A stretch of 32,000 bases of DNA, from the NCBI RefSeq assembly GCF_001564455.1, contig NZ_CP011391.1:1380001-1412000 (forward strand), in the 5' to 3' direction. The notes under the pieces are model-generated. The model made no database searches and had not been told where the DNA came from. It was given only the letters and a program-made list of their open reading frames with translations. Below, one piece after another: positions 28,980 through 32,000 of the stretch. Every line of letters begins with the position of its first letter. Position 1 is the first letter of the stretch. The position numbers and the translations under genes are program-made. The stretch comes from Faecalibaculum rodentium. GTDB lineage: Bacteria > Bacillota_I > Bacilli_A > Erysipelotrichales > Erysipelotrichaceae.

Positions 28980-30414
28980 GGTGTCTTCTCTTCAGCCAGA
29001 GTACAGGGGCCAGCAGTATGGGCCACAGACTGAACCAGTTCATGGACTGACTGCTGCCAATCTGGTGTTCCAGCAGAGTGCCGGTCGAAGTCAGGGCCCG
29101 GACTTCCCGCACGGTTCTTCCCCTGGGCACTTCGAGCAGGGTGTTTCCCTGTTCATCCTTCTGCACCGGAATGGGTTCTCCATCCACCTGGGCTGACAGA
29201 ATGCTCTGTTCGGGGGGCAGGCGAAGCTGCACGGTATCCGCAGTTTCCTGCACTGAAAAGCGTACCGGCGGGGTTCTGGTTTCCAGGATCCGGAGTCCTT
29301 CTTCCTGGTCCCAGTCAAAGAGAAGACCGCCGGATTTCACCAGGTGACCAGAAGACTCTGCTTTGAGGCTCTCTGCAGACTGTTCCGGTCCCTGGCGTTC
29401 CCGGTTCTTTTCCCGGGCAATGACCAGACCGGTCTGTACTGTGATGTCAACCCCGGTTTCGATCTGACTGGCCGATGCTGGCTGTGTCAGGTCTGTACCG
29501 GGTGTCCCGGGCTGAATCAGTGTCTCTCCGGCTCCAGCAGGGATGGGCTCCGGTACAGGAGTCGGGGCTGTCAGGATGGGCCGGAGTTTCTCTTCCATGG
29601 ATCCAGACGCAGAAACTGCGGGATCCTGAAGCCCGGTGCCCGTGACAGTACCGGATACGGGAGCAGATCCTTCCGGTGCCCGGGATTCTCCTGATCCGGA
29701 CTCTTCCGTCTTCGGTAATTCAGAGGGTTTTGCCGACGGAAAGAGCAGAGCCGGCGTCTGAATGCAGCCAGTCGGCTTCTCCTGCACAGACCCAGCTGGT
29801 TTCTTGTCCGGATCCTTGTCGGCAGGTTTTTCTCCCGGACATTCCGGCTGGCTGTCATCGGATGCGCCTGGCGCAGGATCAGCACAGCCCTGTCCTGCGG
29901 AGTCCACAATCTTGTCCGCAGCATCCGGATCTGTCTTATCTTCTCCGTCTTTGCTCTCTGTATCCGTCGCAGGATCGTCACTGCTGTCCGGATCCTCCGT
30001 AAGGCCGGGACTGATTTCAGGATGTGTGCCGTCTGCCGCTGTCTGATAGCCCGATTCTCCTGAACCCGGCTGGCTGTCGTGTTCCCCGACACCCTGGGTT
30101 TCCGCTGTCTCTTCGGCTGCTGCCACCGGTTCCGGCAGTTCCCGTTCCCCGCCTGAACCGATGCCTGCATCCTGATCCATATCTGTTTCGGTCTCCGGTC
30201 CTGCACCTGGATTCAGGTCTTCTTTCTGCGAAGATCCATCCGGTTTTGAATTTTCCGGGATTCTGCTGTCACTGGCCTCCATCTGTCGCAAAAGTCCTTC
30301 CGGCGTCCTGATCCAGACCCGGCGGGATGGCTGTGTCAGGATCCCGGGATCCTTCATGGTGCAGATCTCGCAGATCGTGCCGGCATCTACCGGCGGCTGT
30401 ATATGTTCAGTCAT
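28972..30414 (-). CDS. acidic, Pro/Ser/Thr-rich low-complexity protein with a folded C-domain and C-terminal TM anchor
   Basis: 480 aa with 8-nt overlaps at both ends. About 300 aa are D/E/P/S/T/G-rich. The region ~340-455 is beta-like. The terminal segment WFSLWPILLAPVLWLKRRHHG is hydrophobic. Confidence 0.75.
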   Translation of the reverse strand: MTEHIQPPVDAGTICEICTMKDPGILTQPSRRVWIRTPEGLLRQMEASDSRIPENSKPDGSSQKEDLNPGAGPETETDMDQDAGIGSGGERELPEPVAAAEETAETQGVGEHDSQPGSGESGYQTAADGTHPEISPGLTEDPDSSDDPATDTESKDGEDKTDPDAADKIVDSAGQGCADPAPGASDDSQPECPGEKPADKDPDKKPAGSVQEKPTGCIQTPALLFPSAKPSELPKTEESGSGESRAPEGSAPVSGTVTGTGLQDPAVSASGSMEEKLRPILTAPTPVPEPIPAGAGETLIQPGTPGTDLTQPASASQIETGVDITVQTGLVIAREKNRERQGPEQSAESLKAESSGHLVKSGGLLFDWDQEEGLRILETRTPPVRFSVQETADTVQLRLPPEQSILSAQVDGEPIPVQKDEQGNTLLEVPRGRTVREVRALTSTGTLLEHQIGSSQSMNWFSLWPILLAPVLWLKRRHHG

Positions 30415-31393
30415 TCACTGTCTCCTTCCATTCCATCAGCTGTGACACATCAGACCCGAACCGGTCTTTCCACTCCGCCGGCAGGGTCATGTCACAGCCT
30501 TCTGTCTTCATTCGCAGAGCGTATGCCGCAACACACAGCGCATCCTGCTCTGTCCGGACTTTCCGGCACACCTGTTCCAGCACCCCTGCCTCCAGCGGTT
30601 CGTCCAGGTCCTGCAGAACCTGCAGTCGTTCACTTAGCGGACGGCTGTCATCCAGGAGCACCTGACGGACGAGATCCGTTTCGTGCATCTGAGACCCGGG
30701 CAGCTGCAGAACCGGAACACAAAGTCCGGCCGCGAAGACAGACACTGTGATCATCCAGATCAGAACACTGCCCGGGATCTTTCCAGAATGCAGGGGATCC
30801 CTCCGTCGCCCTGGGTCCAGTTGCAGGCACCGGCGTCGCTGCAGGGGATACAGATGCCAGCGTCTGGCCAGCATCCCCCAGGCCCAGGCATCCGCTGCCG
30901 TGGTTTTCGGACAGTCACCGGCCAGTTCCGGTGCCATGCTGTCCAGTGTGGCGAAAAAGCACTGACGGCTGCCGGCCTCCAGCACGCCGTCATAATCAAT
31001 GAGCACCACCCTGTCATCGCACAGAAACAGGTGGTCTTCCTTCAGGTCGAGATAGAGGTAGCCCAGCTGATGGATCCTTTCCAGAATGCGGGCCGCTTCC
31101 TGTAGGACCCGCCGTTTCTGCGCCCTGCTCAGCCCGCCGGCGGGTGTTCCCTGGATGTATTCCTCCACCAGGACACGCTCCGTCTCCGTTTCCCGGCACT
31201 CATACAGGCACGGTGCATTCCTGCCCTTGAGCTTCAGTAGCAGATCCGCCTCCCTGGCAGACTGACGGCAGGCCAGGATATCGCTTTTTCGGGCCCGCCG
31301 CAGGATGACAAGCCTGCCGGTCTCTTCATCCCGTGCAAGTTCCGTGCAGCACAGATTGCATCCAAGGACTTTCAGACGCCTGTAGCGGTTCAC
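30407..31393 (-). CDS. EssB/YukC-like membrane protein with a kinase-like (probable pseudokinase) N-domain
   Basis: 328 aa with a GTG start in a GTGA overlap. Hanks-like landmarks are Y..LKVLGCNLCC (degenerate G-loop), LVILRR (Lys->Arg), YLYLDLKEDHLFL (HRDLKxxN -> YLDLKxxH), LIDYDG (DFG -> DYD) and MAPE. TM segment VLIWMITVSVFAAGLCVPVL, then a ~100-aa C-domain. Confidence 0.7.
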   Translation of the reverse strand: MNRYRRLKVLGCNLCCTELARDEETGRLVILRRARKSDILACRQSAREADLLLKLKGRNAPCLYECRETETERVLVEEYIQGTPAGGLSRAQKRRVLQEAARILERIHQLGYLYLDLKEDHLFLCDDRVVLIDYDGVLEAGSRQCFFATLDSMAPELAGDCPKTTAADAWAWGMLARRWHLYPLQRRRCLQLDPGRRRDPLHSGKIPGSVLIWMITVSVFAAGLCVPVLQLPGSQMHETDLVRQVLLDDSRPLSERLQVLQDLDEPLEAGVLEQVCRKVRTEQDALCVAAYALRMKTEGCDMTLPAEWKDRFGSDVSQLMEWKETVND

Positions 31394-32000
31394 TGTATGA
31401 ACTGCAGGATATGCGCCCCCAGCCGGAGTTCCATGCCATTGCGGAGCCGCATTTTTCGCCTCACCTGTTTCTCCCCGAGCCAGGTCCCGTTTGCGGATCT
31501 CAGGTCCTGGATATAGAACCGTCCCTGATCCGCTGTGATCCTGGCATGCAGCGCAGATACGCTGTCATCCAGGACCCGGATGTCGGCCTGCATCCCCCGG
31601 CCCACGGTCATGGTTTCAAACGGCAGTTCATACCGGCTGTCGCCATCCACCAGACAGGCGGCAGCTTCCGGCACCGGCGCCAGGATCTGGGTGGCCTGTG
31701 TGAATGCCGGATTTCCGCCGCTTTCTGCCCACCTGTCACCCGGGTCCGGCTTCTCAGATCCAGGGATCGGCAGTGGCGGCATCAGTGCATCGTATTCGAT
31801 CACCGGCAGGATCACCTCTTCACGTGTCCGGAAGGGTTCTCTCGGCTTCGGGGGCAGAAAGGGAAACCGGCGGGGATGGTAGGTCCGTTCCAGTTCCCGC
31901 AGTCCCTGGATCACTGTCGGCAAAGAGAACTGGTCACTGCTCTGTGCCATCTGGAGCCAGCCGGGAATTTCGTAATCCGTCGATGTCCGAAAGGCCGAGC
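31390..32000 (-). CDS. FHA-domain protein (possibly 5'-truncated by the window edge)
   Basis: C-terminal FHA is TVGRGMQADIRVLDDSVSALHARI....GRFYIQDLRSANGTWLGEKQV. The frame stays open from ATG 31950 to position 32000, so the true start may lie outside the window. Confidence 0.75.
   Translation of the reverse strand, partial: SAFRTSTDYEIPGWLQMAQSSDQFSLPTVIQGLRELERTYHPRRFPFLPPKPREPFRTREEVILPVIEYDALMPPLPIPGSEKPDPGDRWAESGGNPAFTQATQILAPVPEAAACLVDGDSRYELPFETMTVGRGMQADIRVLDDSVSALHARITADQGRFYIQDLRSANGTWLGEKQVRRKMRLRNGMELRLGAHILQFIQ

Overview
All calls come from reading the sequence and the ORF track by hand. No searches or computations were run, so family names are motif-level recognitions and hand-derived coordinates may be off by a few nt. 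The window has three blocks.

(1) ~1-20.4 kb: the lysogeny, early and replication arm of a temperate siphovirus-type prophage from a Gram-positive (Bacillota-like) host. A tyrosine integrase sits at the right edge (19250-20383). To its left lie HicAB and lipoprotein morons, then an S24/LexA-type CI repressor (16877-17533) divergent from a Cro-like gene. A long leftward (minus-strand) operon follows, with many ATGA/TTGA start-stop overlaps. It encodes an AAA_24/Sak4-like ATPase, DUF669, an SF2 helicase, a PriCT/primase-polymerase/RepA-type helicase next to an iteron origin, RusA, a dUTPase-like protein and a RinA/ArpU-like late activator. Virion and lysis genes must lie beyond the left edge. 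Plus-strand morons, each with its own intrinsic terminator, interrupt the leftward operon. Two paralogous cassettes (two small peptides plus a ribbon-helix-helix protein) flank the late activator.

(2) 20.5-23.7 kb: host genes. These are two PrsA/SurA-like foldases and an apparently frameshifted gene.

(3) 23.7-32.0 kb, running off the window: a visibly more GC-rich minus-strand type VII (T7SSb-like) secretion locus with unusual composition. The order is an FHA protein, a kinase-like EssB-type membrane protein, a 480-aa acidic/proline-rich tail-anchored protein, and a short single-P-loop EssC-like ATPase. These are followed by a possible YukD-like ORF, two WXG100-type proteins, a 58-aa helical ORF, a beta-rich candidate effector and DUF4176.

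I consider this T7SS variant, and the prophage moron/embedded-terminator architecture, the most interesting parts.
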